Translations under genes and position numbers: made by a program
Shown here: positions 1 through 9,189 of the stretch, piece by piece
Layout of the letters: every line of letters begins with the position of its first letter
Position numbering within the stretch: the stretch's first letter is position 1
The notes under the pieces: model-generated
The model's database searches: none
What the model was told of the DNA's origin: nothing
The model's input: only the letters and a program-made list of their open reading frames with translations
Source of the DNA: Verrucomicrobiota bacterium
GTDB lineage: Bacteria; Verrucomicrobiota; Verrucomicrobiia; Limisphaerales; UBA9464
Length of the DNA: 64,000 bases
Assembly (NCBI GenBank): GCA_016871805.1
Contig: VHCG01000014.1
Span: 1,205 to 65,204 of the forward strand
Direction: 5' to 3'

Positions 1-883
1 CGGCTCGAAGGTTTCACCACCGACGAACATCACGCTGCAGAGTGAGATCACCTCGAACGAGTTCATTCCGTCCTTTCCCTACGCGAATTCGTTCCAGTAC
101 AGCAACGGCAACGTATGGGCCTATCAGTTCGCCACGATGCTGGGCTTGCCGACACAGGTGGCTGGCCCTGTCCTAGGAGGAGGACAGGGCTCGAACTACG
201 CCTACGGCGGTGCGACCACGGGGCCTCTGGACAACGGCTTCCCGCCCAGTCTACTCACGCAGGTGTCGACCTTCACTGATTCCTTGGGATCTTCCCAGGC
301 ACCCGCGGACGCCTTGTATGTGGTCGCGGGAGGCGGCAACGACGCCCGTGCCGCGCTGGCGCAGATCGCGGGAGGCGGTGATCCGACGACGGTGATCGCC
401 ACCTTCGCCGCCCAATACGCCGCCAATGTCGGCAGCATCGTCGACACGTTGCAGGGCAAGGGAGCCCAGCACATCGTCGTCTAAAATGCTCCAAACCTCG
501 GTCTGACTCCGGCGATTGGCGGCCTCGGCCCCTCCGTCTCCTACCTCGGGACAACGCTCACACAGACGATGAACGACGCGCTCTCACTGCGCCTCTCCGG
601 AGAAGCCGGCGTCCTCACCTTTGATACGTTCGGGCTCATCACGTCGATCAACTCCAATCCCGGTGCTTACGGCCTCACCTATGCCGCCACGGCAGGTGGA
701 TCGGTTCCAGGAGCCGATCTCTCGAAGTATCTCTGCTGGGACGGCATTCACCCGACGTCGGCAGGCCATGCAATCATCGCCCAATCGCTCTATGGGGCGG
801 TTGTTCCCGAACCCTCCAGCACCCTCCTGCTCATGGCGAGTGCGGTTCTGATGTCGATTCCCGTGGCGTTTCGACGCCGCTGA
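1..883 (+). pseudogene. SGNH/GDSL-family lipase/esterase with C-terminal PEP-CTERM anchor. The 5' end lies outside the window and the frame is interrupted by an in-frame TAA at 482-484.
   Basis: ORFs 137-484 and 569-883 are in the same frame, which is open from base 2. It reads ...YSNGNVWAYQFA...LYVVAGGGNDA...AQHIVV*NAPNLGLTPA...CWDGIHPTSAGH (SGNH blocks). The tail VPEPSSTLLLMASAVLMSIPVAFRRR is a PEP-CTERM sorting signal. Confidence 0.7.
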
Positions 884-1135
884 TATCCCAGACTCACCCC
901 ACAACGTCCGGGGCACGCCGGAAGACCCTCGGATGGCAGATCCAAAACAGGAGGGATGCCGTCTCTCCATTTGGCATCTTCCTCCGAGTTTCCGTTTCCC
1001 CGCGTGAGTCTCCCTCGCCACTGCCGTACCTGACCGCATCCATAATCCTGCTGGAGCCCCGTTGGCAGAAGGCATGGTCGGATCCATGCCTGGGAGCCTA
1101 CCGTGCCCCCCCCGAACCGCTGACCCAGGGCGTCG

Positions 1136-2344
1136 CTAGGATCCAGAAGCCTCAAACGGACGAACCCGAGGGGCAATCCAGAGGCTGGCAATCGTCGCAG
1201 TCGCGGCGAGGAGGCCTACCGTCCCAAAATTTCGGAGAGGCTGCCCCGGGGACCCCTCAATAATCAGCCCGGCGCAAAGGGTCCCAAGGCCGCTCGCGAT
1301 ATGCTGCACCGATGAGTTGACGGACATGAACCCGCCTCTTCGCCGGGGTGCGACAGAGGCCATGACAAGCGTGGTCGCGCTCACCATCCGTCCCGTATTG
1401 GTGGCCATCAAGAGAGCCACCACGGGGGCAGCACCGATCAGACCCACCGCGGGAAGATGCGTCATCACCACCATAATTGCGGCAGACAGTGGCACGGTGA
1501 ACGAGAACACCCGGAGGGCCCCAAACCGATCCACGAGATGACCCACAAGTGGGGTGGTTGCGAATGTGATGATCCCACCCACGATAAACACCGCAGGAAG
1601 CTGGGCCTCGGTCACCCCGACATTTGCCACCAATGCCGTACTGATGTCGGGGATCACGGCAAAGGCCCCGAACATGAGGACTGCGGCAAGTGTAAATGCC
1701 CAACGATGCGGGGGCAGGGTGAGCGTCGACACGAAATCTGCCATCGTCCGCCGCGTCGCGAGGCCCTCTTGTCCTGTGAGCGGGGGCAGGATCCAGGCCG
1801 CCAGGCCTGCCAAGGGGAGACCAAACATCGCCAGGACCAGGAAGGGAACCTGCCAGCCATGCCGGGTTCCAAGGACGATACCAATCGGCACACCCACCAC
1901 CGATGCCAGACCGAATGCCGACATCAGGACACCCAGCGCCCGGCCGCGCCTCTCCGGGGGGACAACATCCGCGACCAAGGCCAAGGTAACCGCACCGTGT
2001 AGTCCTCCAAAGGCTCCAGTCACGCACCGCATGACCAGAAGCTGTAGATGGCGGGTCGAAAGACCACAGCCCATCGTACAGGCAAGCAGGCCAAGCGTAA
2101 GGACCAGATAGGTAGCCCTCCTCCCAAAACGATCGAGCAACGGCGCCGCTACGATTCCCGCGATTCCGGCTGAAAACGTGTAGGCCGAAACGGTCCAGTT
2201 GAACCTCATGGCATCGATGTCGAATGCCAGCTGCAGCTGTGGCCCCAACGGCATGATGATCATGAAGTCGACCATCGAGACAAACTGGAGCGCCGACAGC
2301 GTGAGCAGAATCAAGCCCTCCCTACGGCTCGTTCCAAAAGACAT
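1136..2344 (-). CDS. MFS transporter
   Basis: 402 aa counted from the ATG at 2344 (MSFGTSRREG...). It is multi-TM, with the motif PLLDRFGRR after TM2 that is typical of MFS. The upstream 62 codons of the ORF look non-coding. Confidence 0.85.
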   Translation of the reverse strand: MSFGTSRREGLILLTLSALQFVSMVDFMIIMPLGPQLQLAFDIDAMRFNWTVSAYTFSAGIAGIVAAPLLDRFGRRATYLVLTLGLLACTMGCGLSTRHLQLLVMRCVTGAFGGLHGAVTLALVADVVPPERRGRALGVLMSAFGLASVVGVPIGIVLGTRHGWQVPFLVLAMFGLPLAGLAAWILPPLTGQEGLATRRTMADFVSTLTLPPHRWAFTLAAVLMFGAFAVIPDISTALVANVGVTEAQLPAVFIVGGIITFATTPLVGHLVDRFGALRVFSFTVPLSAAIMVVMTHLPAVGLIGAAPVVALLMATNTGRMVSATTLVMASVAPRRRGGFMSVNSSVQHIASGLGTLCAGLIIEGSPGQPLRNFGTVGLLAATATIASLWIAPRVRPFEASGS

Positions 2345-2621
2345 GGTGGGTTGGGTTGGAATCGAAGAGGCCAAGCTGCTGTTTTTATCCCAGGGATGGC
2401 CTCGGCACCTGTCGACTAGCGCACAGATCATCCCAAATTGTGTTCCACAAGATGCGGAAGGCCGACTTCCGCCGCAATCGAGGTCCAGCCCAAATCCAAA
2501 GCCAGTCGCAGGAGACCCAAAATCCTGCACAGCGGGCTCCTCTTTGGATTTGTCTTCGCTCGCCTTTGCTCCGTGCCCCCACGTGAGTCTCTCTTCGCTG
2601 CGGGGGATGTTGCTGAAGAGT

Positions 2622-2706
2622 TGGTGCCCGCGACAGGACTTGAACCTGTACGATGTTACTCACTAGAACCTGAATCTAGCGCGTCTGCCAATTCCGCCAC
2701 GCGGGC
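2622..2706 (-). tRNA. tRNA-Leu (anticodon CAG), type II with long variable arm, CCA encoded
   Basis: The reverse complement reads GCCCGCG-TG-GCGGAATTGGCAGACGC-G-CTAGA-TTCAGGT-TCTAG-variable arm-ACAGGTTCAAGTCCTGT-CGCGGGC-A-CCA. The cloverleaf was folded by hand. Confidence 0.9.
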
Positions 2707-2883
2707 ACGAGCAACGACGAAAGGAAAGTCGGTGACTGGATTGGGGACAAGTCTTTTCCAGAATGCTTTTCAAGCCATCCATCGAAACGGTCATTAGCCG
2801 CTCAACAGGTTCGGCCTGGATTCCATGAAATGCCTTGAGCGCATTCCTCGGTGGCCGGAGAGTTTTGCAACCTCCTGAGCCCG

Positions 2884-3808
2884 ATGATCCAGAAGCCATT
2901 CCAAGCCCTTGCCTGGGGAGTCGCGCTCCTCGTCGGCTGTCTAGGCTTGATGCGGCTCAAGCCAGAGCCCGGATCCCATCGGCTCGATCAATACGAGTTC
3001 GAGACCACACGGCACCTCGTCAGCTTCGTCGAACGCGCTGCCCGACGCGTCGAGACGGACGGAGAGAATGTCTTCAAGGAGTTCCGGGATCCGAAGGGCC
3101 CCTGGCTGGACTCGGAGTCCTCCCTCTACCTCTTCGCCTATGACACCAATGGCGTCTGCCTCTTCCACCCGGTCGAGATGGCGCTTCAGGGACGAAACCT
3201 CTCCGATCTGCGGGACGTCCACGGGAAGCGGATGATCCCGGCCATCGCCGGGATCCCGGACCGGGGTTGGGTCCATTACTGCTGGGCACGCCCCGGAGGG
3301 TTCTTCCCGGTCTGGAAAAACATCCTACGTGGTCCGGGCCCGGGCCCCGGACGGGAGGGTCTACAATCTCGGGGCGGGCCTCTACGATGTGCAGATCGAG
3401 AAGGCCTTCGTCCGCAACACCGTGGACAGGGCCGCAGAGCTTCTGGCTCGGGAGGGTGACAAGGCCGTCCAGAAACTGCGGGATCCGGCCAATGAATTCA
3501 CCTTCCTCGACAACTACATCTTCGTCCTCGGAATGGACGGCATGGCCATTGTTGATCCGTCCTTCGAGAACGCCCCCTTCCGCAATTTCAGTGATTTCCA
3601 GGACAGCAACGGGAAGAAGCCCTTCCCCTAGATCATCCAGAAGCTGCAGCGCGAGGACGCCGCGTGGATCATGTTCATGTGGCCTAAACCGGGCGAGACC
3701 ACGCCATCCAAGAAGGTCGCCTATGTCCGCAAGGTAAAGCTGGGCGACCGCTATGTGATCGTGGGATCCCACTATTTCCAACCCACCCCGATCTGGATGA
3801 AAGGCTGA
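2884..3808 (+). pseudogene. Signal-anchored periplasmic protein with two tandem sCache_2-like domains and no output domain. It is disrupted by a frameshift in an A5 run (3316-3320) and by an in-frame TAG (3629-3631).
   Basis: Frame 1 reads ...YLFAYDTNGVCLFHP...GWVHYCWARPGGFFPVWK, and the sequence continues in frame 2 as TSYVVRARAPDGRVYNLGAGLYD. The second domain reads ...NYIFVLGMDGMAIVDP...GKKPFP*IIQKL...WIMFMWPKPGETTPSKKVAYVRKV...YVIVGSHYF. Its stop TGA (3806-3808) overlaps the ATG of the next gene. Confidence 0.7.
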
Positions 3809-5157
3809 TGGGCAAGCCTCCAAGCCATCTGATCTACGGGGTCGACGACCGGCCTCCGCCGGGCGTGCTGATCCTGATCTCGATCCAGCACATCTTCCTG
3901 ATGTCGTCGACCCTGGTCCTGCCGGTGGTGCTGGTCCGGGAGGTGGGTGGTGGGTTTGAGGAGGTCCGTTCCGTCGTGGCACTGACGATGATCGCCTGCG
4001 GCATCGGCACGATTCTGCAGGCCCTGCGATGGCGCGGCATCGGATCCGGCTTCCTGTGTCCCAACCTCTGTGGTCCGAATTTCTTCGGCGCCTGCGCCCA
4101 GGCGGCCTGGCTTGGAGGACTTCCCCTGATGAACGGAATGACCGCGTTTGCCGGGGTGGTGGAGTCCTTCCTCGCCCTGTTCATCCACCGGATCGCATTC
4201 CTGTTTCCGCCCGAAATCACGGGTCTGGTCGTCCTCATGGTCGCCGAGGGCCTGATCCGGATCGGGGTCTCCAAGTTCTTCGGGGTCAACTACGCCTCCG
4301 AATCCATCCAACCGCTGGACCTCCTCGTGGCCTGCCTGACCCTCCTGGTGATGGTGGGCGTCGGGGTCCGGAAGACCGGTCGACTCCGGCTCTACGGGGT
4401 CCTGATCGGTCTCCTCTCCGGCTATGTCTTCTCGATGCTGACGGGCCTGTTGGGGGAGGACGATTGGAACAAGTTGGCCTCCGCTGGCTGGCTGGCCCTG
4501 CCCCGGCATTCCGGGATGTGGACCTACTCGTTCCAATGGTCCCTCGTCCCAACCTTCATCATCGTCTCCCTCTGCGGGGCGCTGAAGACCTATGGCAACC
4601 TCATCCTCTGCGAGAAGGTGAACGACGAGGACTGGAAAGAATCGGATCCCCGGAGGATCGGGAGCGGCATGATGGCGGACGGGATCTGCGTGGCGGTCTC
4701 GGGCGCCATTGGCGGGATGGCGTCGGACACCTCCTCATCCAACGTCGCCCTGTCCTCGGCAACCGGCGCCACGAGCCGATGGATCGGGTACGTCGCAGGG
4801 CTGTTGTTCATCGGGCTGGGATTCTCCCCCAAGCTCAGCTCGATCCTGTTGATCATGCCGCGTCCCGTCATGGGGGCGATTCTGGTGTACGTCACCTGCT
4901 TCATGGTGTTCTCCGGACTCTCTATCATCATGTCGTCGAAGGTGGACCAGCGGAAGACGATCGTCGTGGGGTTCTCACTGATCTTCGGCCTGAGCGTGGA
5001 CCTGCTTCCCGAGCTGTATGCGAAGGTGGAGCCCTCGCTCCAACCGATCTTCTCGTCGTCACTGGTCTTCGCCACGGTCCTGGCGGTCCTGCTGAACCAG
5101 GCGCTGCGGCTGGCGGATCCGGGTCCGAAGGATCGGGACTCTTCCAGCGGCCATTGA
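3808..5157 (+). CDS. NCS2-family nucleobase:cation symporter (xanthine/uracil permease-like)
   Basis: 449 aa, polytopic. The N-terminus ...PPPGVLILISIQHIFLMSSTLVLPVVL and the overall pattern are typical of xanthine/uracil/vitamin C permeases. Confidence 0.8.
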   Translation: MGKPPSHLIYGVDDRPPPGVLILISIQHIFLMSSTLVLPVVLVREVGGGFEEVRSVVALTMIACGIGTILQALRWRGIGSGFLCPNLCGPNFFGACAQAAWLGGLPLMNGMTAFAGVVESFLALFIHRIAFLFPPEITGLVVLMVAEGLIRIGVSKFFGVNYASESIQPLDLLVACLTLLVMVGVGVRKTGRLRLYGVLIGLLSGYVFSMLTGLLGEDDWNKLASAGWLALPRHSGMWTYSFQWSLVPTFIIVSLCGALKTYGNLILCEKVNDEDWKESDPRRIGSGMMADGICVAVSGAIGGMASDTSSSNVALSSATGATSRWIGYVAGLLFIGLGFSPKLSSILLIMPRPVMGAILVYVTCFMVFSGLSIIMSSKVDQRKTIVVGFSLIFGLSVDLLPELYAKVEPSLQPIFSSSLVFATVLAVLLNQALRLADPGPKDRDSSSGH

Positions 5158-5243
5158 GCACCTGCTGGCCGCGATGGCTCCTCAGAATTTTGATCTGAGG
5201 TCTTGCGTCGACCGATGTGGACCGCGACTCTGATTTCCTTCAC

Positions 5244-5320
<77 letters not shown>

Positions 5321-5332
5321 ACTTTCCAGATC

Positions 5333-5358
5333 CAGGGCCCTTGAGGGCCCTGTTTCGT
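5333..5358 (+). terminator. Rho-independent terminator after tRNA-fMet
   Basis: CAGGGCCC-TTGA-GGGCCCTG followed by TTTCGT. Confidence 0.7.
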
Positions 5359-5396
5359 AATCAGAGCTCCTTGGAGATCCGTGCCCAATTCGTCGT

Positions 5397-5503
5397 CACC
5401 TCGTCAGGCTCATCATCCCGCAGCCGCGGGATCCCAGGTTCAAATCCTAGCCCCGCAACCAACTTTCCAGATCCAGGGCCCTTTGAGGGCCCTGTTTCGT
5501 TTC
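5397..5503 (+). repeat. 107-bp tRNA-fMet-derived unit, copy 1 (partial rearranged tRNA plus terminator hairpin)
   Basis: CACCTCGTCAGGCTCAT + CATCCCGCAGCCGCGGGATCC + CAGGTTCAAATCCTAGCCCCGCAACCA + ACTTTCCAGATCCAGGGCCCTTTGAGGGCCCTGTTTCGTTTC. It matches the real tRNA except for the middle segment. Confidence 0.85.
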
Positions 5504-5511
5504 CGGGGCTG

Positions 5512-5910
5512 ATGATGAACCCAACCGCAACCAGGGATCTCTACCGGGTCTACGTCCTCAGGAATGCAGAGGGGCGTGGCTACATCGGAGTCTCAAGTGA
5601 TATCAACGTCCGGCTGGATCAACACAACCAAGGACTCTCCAAATGGACCAAGGGAAAGGGACCGTGGACTGTTGAGTGGACGAGCACCGAGCTGTCCCTC
5701 GGTGAGGCTCGTTGCCTGGAAAACCGGATGAAACGTCAGAAGGGCGGATACGGTCTCGCGACCTTGATGAGCGCCAACACCTCGTCAGGCTCATCATCCC
5801 GCAGCCGCGGGATCCCAGGTTCAAATCCTAGCCCCGCAACCAACTTTCCAGATCCAGGGCCCTTCGAGGGCCCTGTTTCGTTTCTGGAACATCCCGAGTA
5901 CCCGAGATGA
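5512..5910 (+). CDS. Small GIY-YIG (URI-domain) nuclease family protein with a 44-codon tail read through repeat copy 2
   Basis: MMNPTATRDLYRVYVLRNAEGRGYIGVSSDINVRLDQHNQG...EARCLENRMKRQKG carries the GIY / YIG / R / E hallmarks. There is no stop codon until 5908-5910, inside or after the repeat. Confidence 0.7.
   Translation: MMNPTATRDLYRVYVLRNAEGRGYIGVSSDINVRLDQHNQGLSKWTKGKGPWTVEWTSTELSLGEARCLENRMKRQKGGYGLATLMSANTSSGSSSRSRGIPGSNPSPATNFPDPGPFEGPVSFLEHPEYPR
5778..5884 (+). repeat. 107-bp tRNA-fMet-derived unit, copy 2
   Basis: By hand alignment it is identical to 5397-5503 except for one base in the hairpin loop (CTTCGAG versus CTTTGAG). Confidence 0.85.
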
Positions 5911-6054
5911 GCATGTCCGAGGGCACTCGCTTCTCGAGGTCGAACACAATACACCGGAAGTCACCAGTCGCTCGGCCGACTTGGACAAACTTTTCGCGGG
6001 CCAAACTTTTCGTTGGCATGGGGACGCCGCTTGTCTATCTACACCGGACTTCGC

Positions 6055-6129
6055 GCGAGGTTAGCTCAGTGGTAGAGCACTTGCTTCACACGCAAGGGGT
6101 CGCAGGTTCGAAACCTGCACCTCGCACCA
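6055..6129 (+). tRNA. tRNA-Val (anticodon CAC), CCA encoded
   Basis: GCGAGGT-TA-GCTCAGTGGTAGAGC-A-CTTGC-TTCACAC-GCAAG-GGGTC-GCAGGTTCGAAACCTGC-ACCTCGC-A-CCA. Confidence 0.9.
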
Positions 6130-6169
6130 TCCCTCCCCTTCCCCGGGTCTGGCCCGTCTGGTCGTCTGC

Positions 6170-6994
6170 ATGATGCGCTCCGCCGTCACCATCTGCCTCG
6201 TCCCCGAAGCCCGTCGCGGTCCCTTCGTCTTCCACAGCAGCCTCGCCGAAGGCTGCGCCCAGGCCGCCCAGGCGGGATTCGACGCCATCGAACTGTTTCC
6301 AACCCACGCCGATGAGGTCCATTCGATGGAACTCCGATCGCTGCTCCGGCAGCACGGACTCCAGCTCGCCGCCATGGGCACCGGAGCCGGGTGGCTGACC
6401 CGGAAGCTGAGCCTCACCGATCCCGATCCCCACATCCGGATGTGTGCCCGGGACTTCGCCGGGGCGATCGTTGATTTCGCAGGGGGCTTCGGCGCACCCG
6501 CCATCATCGGATCGATGCAGGGACGGGTTCCCGATGGCGTGTCGCGGGAACAGTCATTGGCCTGGCTGAGGGAGGAACTCGATCAATTGGGACCGCGAGC
6601 CCACGCCCTCGACGCACCGCTGCTCTACGAGCCCCTGAACCGGTACGAGACGAACCTGTTCAACACCCTGGCGGAGGCCAGCGAGTTCCTGGACACCCTC
6701 AGGACCCGCAATGTCCGACTGCTGGTCGACCTCTTCCACGCCAACATCGAGGAGGCCGATATCGCCGCCGCCATCCGTGCCGCGGGGCCTCGGGTCGGCC
6801 ACGTGCATTTCGCCGACAGCAATCGACGCGCGATCGGGCTTGGCCACACCCCCATGGCCCCGATCATCGAGGCGTTGAAGTCGATCGGGTACGACGGCTA
6901 TCTCTCCGCCGAGGTCCTGCCGCTTCCGGATGCCGAGACTGCCGCACAACAAACGATTCAGAGTTTCAGGAAGTGGATCGGTGGGAGAGACTAA
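6170..6994 (+). CDS. Sugar phosphate isomerase/epimerase (xylose-isomerase-like TIM barrel)
   Basis: 274 aa. The pattern FDAIELF...LLYEPLNRYETN...LLVDLFHANIEE...GHVHFADSNR...GYDGYLSAEV is typical of this family. Confidence 0.8.
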   Translation: MMRSAVTICLVPEARRGPFVFHSSLAEGCAQAAQAGFDAIELFPTHADEVHSMELRSLLRQHGLQLAAMGTGAGWLTRKLSLTDPDPHIRMCARDFAGAIVDFAGGFGAPAIIGSMQGRVPDGVSREQSLAWLREELDQLGPRAHALDAPLLYEPLNRYETNLFNTLAEASEFLDTLRTRNVRLLVDLFHANIEEADIAAAIRAAGPRVGHVHFADSNRRAIGLGHTPMAPIIEALKSIGYDGYLSAEVLPLPDAETAAQQTIQSFRKWIGGRD

Positions 6995-7108
6995 GCTTCC
7001 CAGCGGACCCAGCGGCGTCGGGGCCCTGACACCACCGGCAGGCCAAGATTCAGGGACCCACCCGTTCGCGGTGCCAAACCGGTTTTCAAACTCCGCCGTC
7101 CCGGACCC

Positions 7109-7642
7109 TCATCGCCGCTTTTTCCCGATGGCCTTCAGGAAGGCCTCCCCACTCGGGGCTGTCATGCCCAGCTGGAGCCATTTTTTGAGTCGGGCCGCAT
7201 CATCGACCGCCTCCAGATGACGGTTCCACGACGGCTGCCAGTCCGGGAACCGCGCTGACACCAGCGATTTCAGCGCCTCGCCCCAACCACGCACCACGCC
7301 TTCCTGTCGGCCTTCCTTCCAGCCCTTTTTCAGGACCCACTGCTCACGACTGCCGAGTAAGCGCATCGGTGTCTCCTCCTCGATTTTTCGAAGCCCAGTT
7401 TCGTAGAGTACTTCCTCCTGCTCTCGCAAGTGGATCGACCCATCGATCGCACGCGTCAACAGAAAGCATATCCGGCGGTTGTAGCCGCGGCTTTGGGCCA
7501 GTCGCCCCAATCTCGCCATCAAGCCAAGTTTTCCTCGGCAGCGTCCCATGGGATCCTTCCGAAACCGCTGGAGACACTCCGGCAGGATCTCCCGGAACAC
7601 CTCCTTCCATGTGTCATCGAAACCCGCAACGCGACGCCTCAT
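7109..7642 (-). CDS. DUF4351-like protein, apparently a truncated Rpn/PD-(D/E)XK transposase-like remnant
   Basis: The N-terminus FDDTWKEVFREILPECLQRF and the C-terminus ...KKGWKEGRQEGVVRGWGEALKSLVSARFPDW...LKKWL resemble the ends of that family. The central nuclease core seems to be missing (177 aa). Confidence 0.4.
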   Translation of the reverse strand: MRRRVAGFDDTWKEVFREILPECLQRFRKDPMGRCRGKLGLMARLGRLAQSRGYNRRICFLLTRAIDGSIHLREQEEVLYETGLRKIEEETPMRLLGSREQWVLKKGWKEGRQEGVVRGWGEALKSLVSARFPDWQPSWNRHLEAVDDAARLKKWLQLGMTAPSGEAFLKAIGKKRR

Positions 7643-7734
7643 CCGGCAATGCTCGCCGATCTGCGGTATGATCCACCATCGCCAGATCTAGGGATGGACG
7701 GCCATGGAACGAGTGACGGAACCGTCCCGGATTC

Positions 7735-9189
7735 CTACGCCAGCACCGCCTTCACCACGTCTCCGTGGACGTCGGTGAGACGGAAGCGGCGGCCCTGGAA
7801 CTTGTACGTCAGCTGCAGGTGGTCGATGCCCATGAGGTGCAGCAACGTGGCGTGGAGGTCGTGCACGTGGACGGGATTCTCCACCACGCTGTAGCCGAAC
7901 TCATCGGTCGCCCCATAGACCATCCCCGGCCGGGCTCCTCCCCCGGCCATCCAGACCGAGAAACAGCGGGGATGATGGTCCCGGCCGTAGTCGGTCGGGG
8001 TCAGCTTGCCCTGCGAATAGTTCGTCCGTCCGAACTCCCCACCCCACACCACCAGCGTGTCCTCGAGAAGCCCCCGCTCCTTGAGATCCTTCAGCAGTGC
8101 CGCACAGGGCTGGTCGGTCTCCTTGCACTGCTGACGGATCCCGTTGGGCAGTCCGCCGTGCTGGTCCCAGCCTTGATGGTACAGCTGGATGAAGCGGACC
8201 CCACGCTCCGCCAGTCGTCGGGCCAGCAGGCAGTTGGCGGCAAAGGTCCCCGGCTTCTTCGCGTCAGGACCGTAGAGGTCGAAGGTCGCGTCGGACTCCT
8301 TCGAGAAGTCCATCACGTCCGGAACGCTCGTCTGCATCCGATAGGCCATCTCGTACTGACCGATCCGGGCATCGATCTCCGAGTCGCCCGACCCCTCAGC
8401 CGCGGTCTGGTGGAGGTCCCGCAGCCGGTCGAGCATCAGGCGCCTGTTCTGGGGCGAGATGCCGTCCGGATTGCTGAGGTAGAGCACCGGATCCTTGCCT
8501 GCCCGGAACTGCACGCCCTGGTATCGGGACGGGAGGAATCCACTGCCCCACAGTCGGGCATAGAGCGGCTGGTCCACCTTGCCGCGGGTGATGAGCACCA
8601 CGAAGGCCGGCAGATTCTCGTTGTCGCTGCCGAGCCCGTAGTGGACCCACGATCCGAAGCTCGGCCGTCCGCTGAGCTGGGATCCGGTCTGGAGGAAGGT
8701 GATGGCCGGGTCGTGGTTGATCGCCTCGCTGTAGAGCGAGCGGATGACGCAGAGCTGGTCGGCGACCCCTGCGGTATGGGGCAGGAGCTCGCTGATCCAG
8801 GTCCCCGCCTTGCCGTGCTGGGCGAACTTGAAGGCGGAGCCCGCGAGCGGCAGCGACGCCTGGTTTCCGGACATCCCGGTCAGGCGCTGGCCCATCCGGA
8901 CGGAATCCGGCAGCTGCTGTCCCTGGCGCTCGTTCAACAGCGGCTTGTAGTCGAACGTCTCCAGCTGGGACGGCCCGCCGGCCATGAACAGGTAGATGAC
9001 CCGTTTGGCCTTCGGGGTGAACGGCAACCTGCCCGTGAGCACCCCGGGGTCGCCGGCGGCGTGGGCCAGGGTGGGATTCAGCAGTGACCCGAGGGCGACA
9101 CCGCCGAGGCCCATGCCGAACCGGTTGAGGAACTGGCGCCGGCTGAGATCGGTCGCTGGGACATGACCCGTGCAGAGGGAGGCATTCAT
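7735..9189 (-). CDS. DUF1501 domain protein (sulfatase-like fold) with twin-arginine signal
   Basis: The N-terminus is SRRQFLNRFGMGLGGVALGSLL. Typical DUF1501 blocks are present: FMAGGPSQLETFD, GRDHH, LHATLLHLMGIDH. Its start overlaps the stop of the upstream gene (ATGA). Confidence 0.9.
   Translation of the reverse strand: MNASLCTGHVPATDLSRRQFLNRFGMGLGGVALGSLLNPTLAHAAGDPGVLTGRLPFTPKAKRVIYLFMAGGPSQLETFDYKPLLNERQGQQLPDSVRMGQRLTGMSGNQASLPLAGSAFKFAQHGKAGTWISELLPHTAGVADQLCVIRSLYSEAINHDPAITFLQTGSQLSGRPSFGSWVHYGLGSDNENLPAFVVLITRGKVDQPLYARLWGSGFLPSRYQGVQFRAGKDPVLYLSNPDGISPQNRRLMLDRLRDLHQTAAEGSGDSEIDARIGQYEMAYRMQTSVPDVMDFSKESDATFDLYGPDAKKPGTFAANCLLARRLAERGVRFIQLYHQGWDQHGGLPNGIRQQCKETDQPCAALLKDLKERGLLEDTLVVWGGEFGRTNYSQGKLTPTDYGRDHHPRCFSVWMAGGGARPGMVYGATDEFGYSVVENPVHVHDLHATLLHLMGIDHLQLTYKFQGRRFRLTDVHGDVVKAVLA

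Noticed and set aside
482-3631. In-frame TAA (482-484) and TAG (3629-3631) as evidence for stop-codon reassignment or pyrrolysine-type recoding.
   Set aside because: TAG terminates the MFS, DUF1501, pseudopilin and rdgB genes, and TAA terminates the isomerase gene, all at the expected protein ends. The standard code applies, so these are nonsense lesions or sequencing errors.
7765-9087. Long antisense ORFs throughout the track. Examples: 7765-9087 +, 9651-10808 +, 14341-15630 -, 15186-16217 -, 18059-19132 -, 20081-21331 -, 30385-32664 +, 38016-39479 -, 41037-42827 +, 48956-50167 -, 55082-56554 +.
   Set aside because: They lie opposite genes with clear family signatures. Their products have Arg/Pro/Gly-rich low-information composition with no motifs, as expected for shadow ORFs in high-GC DNA.
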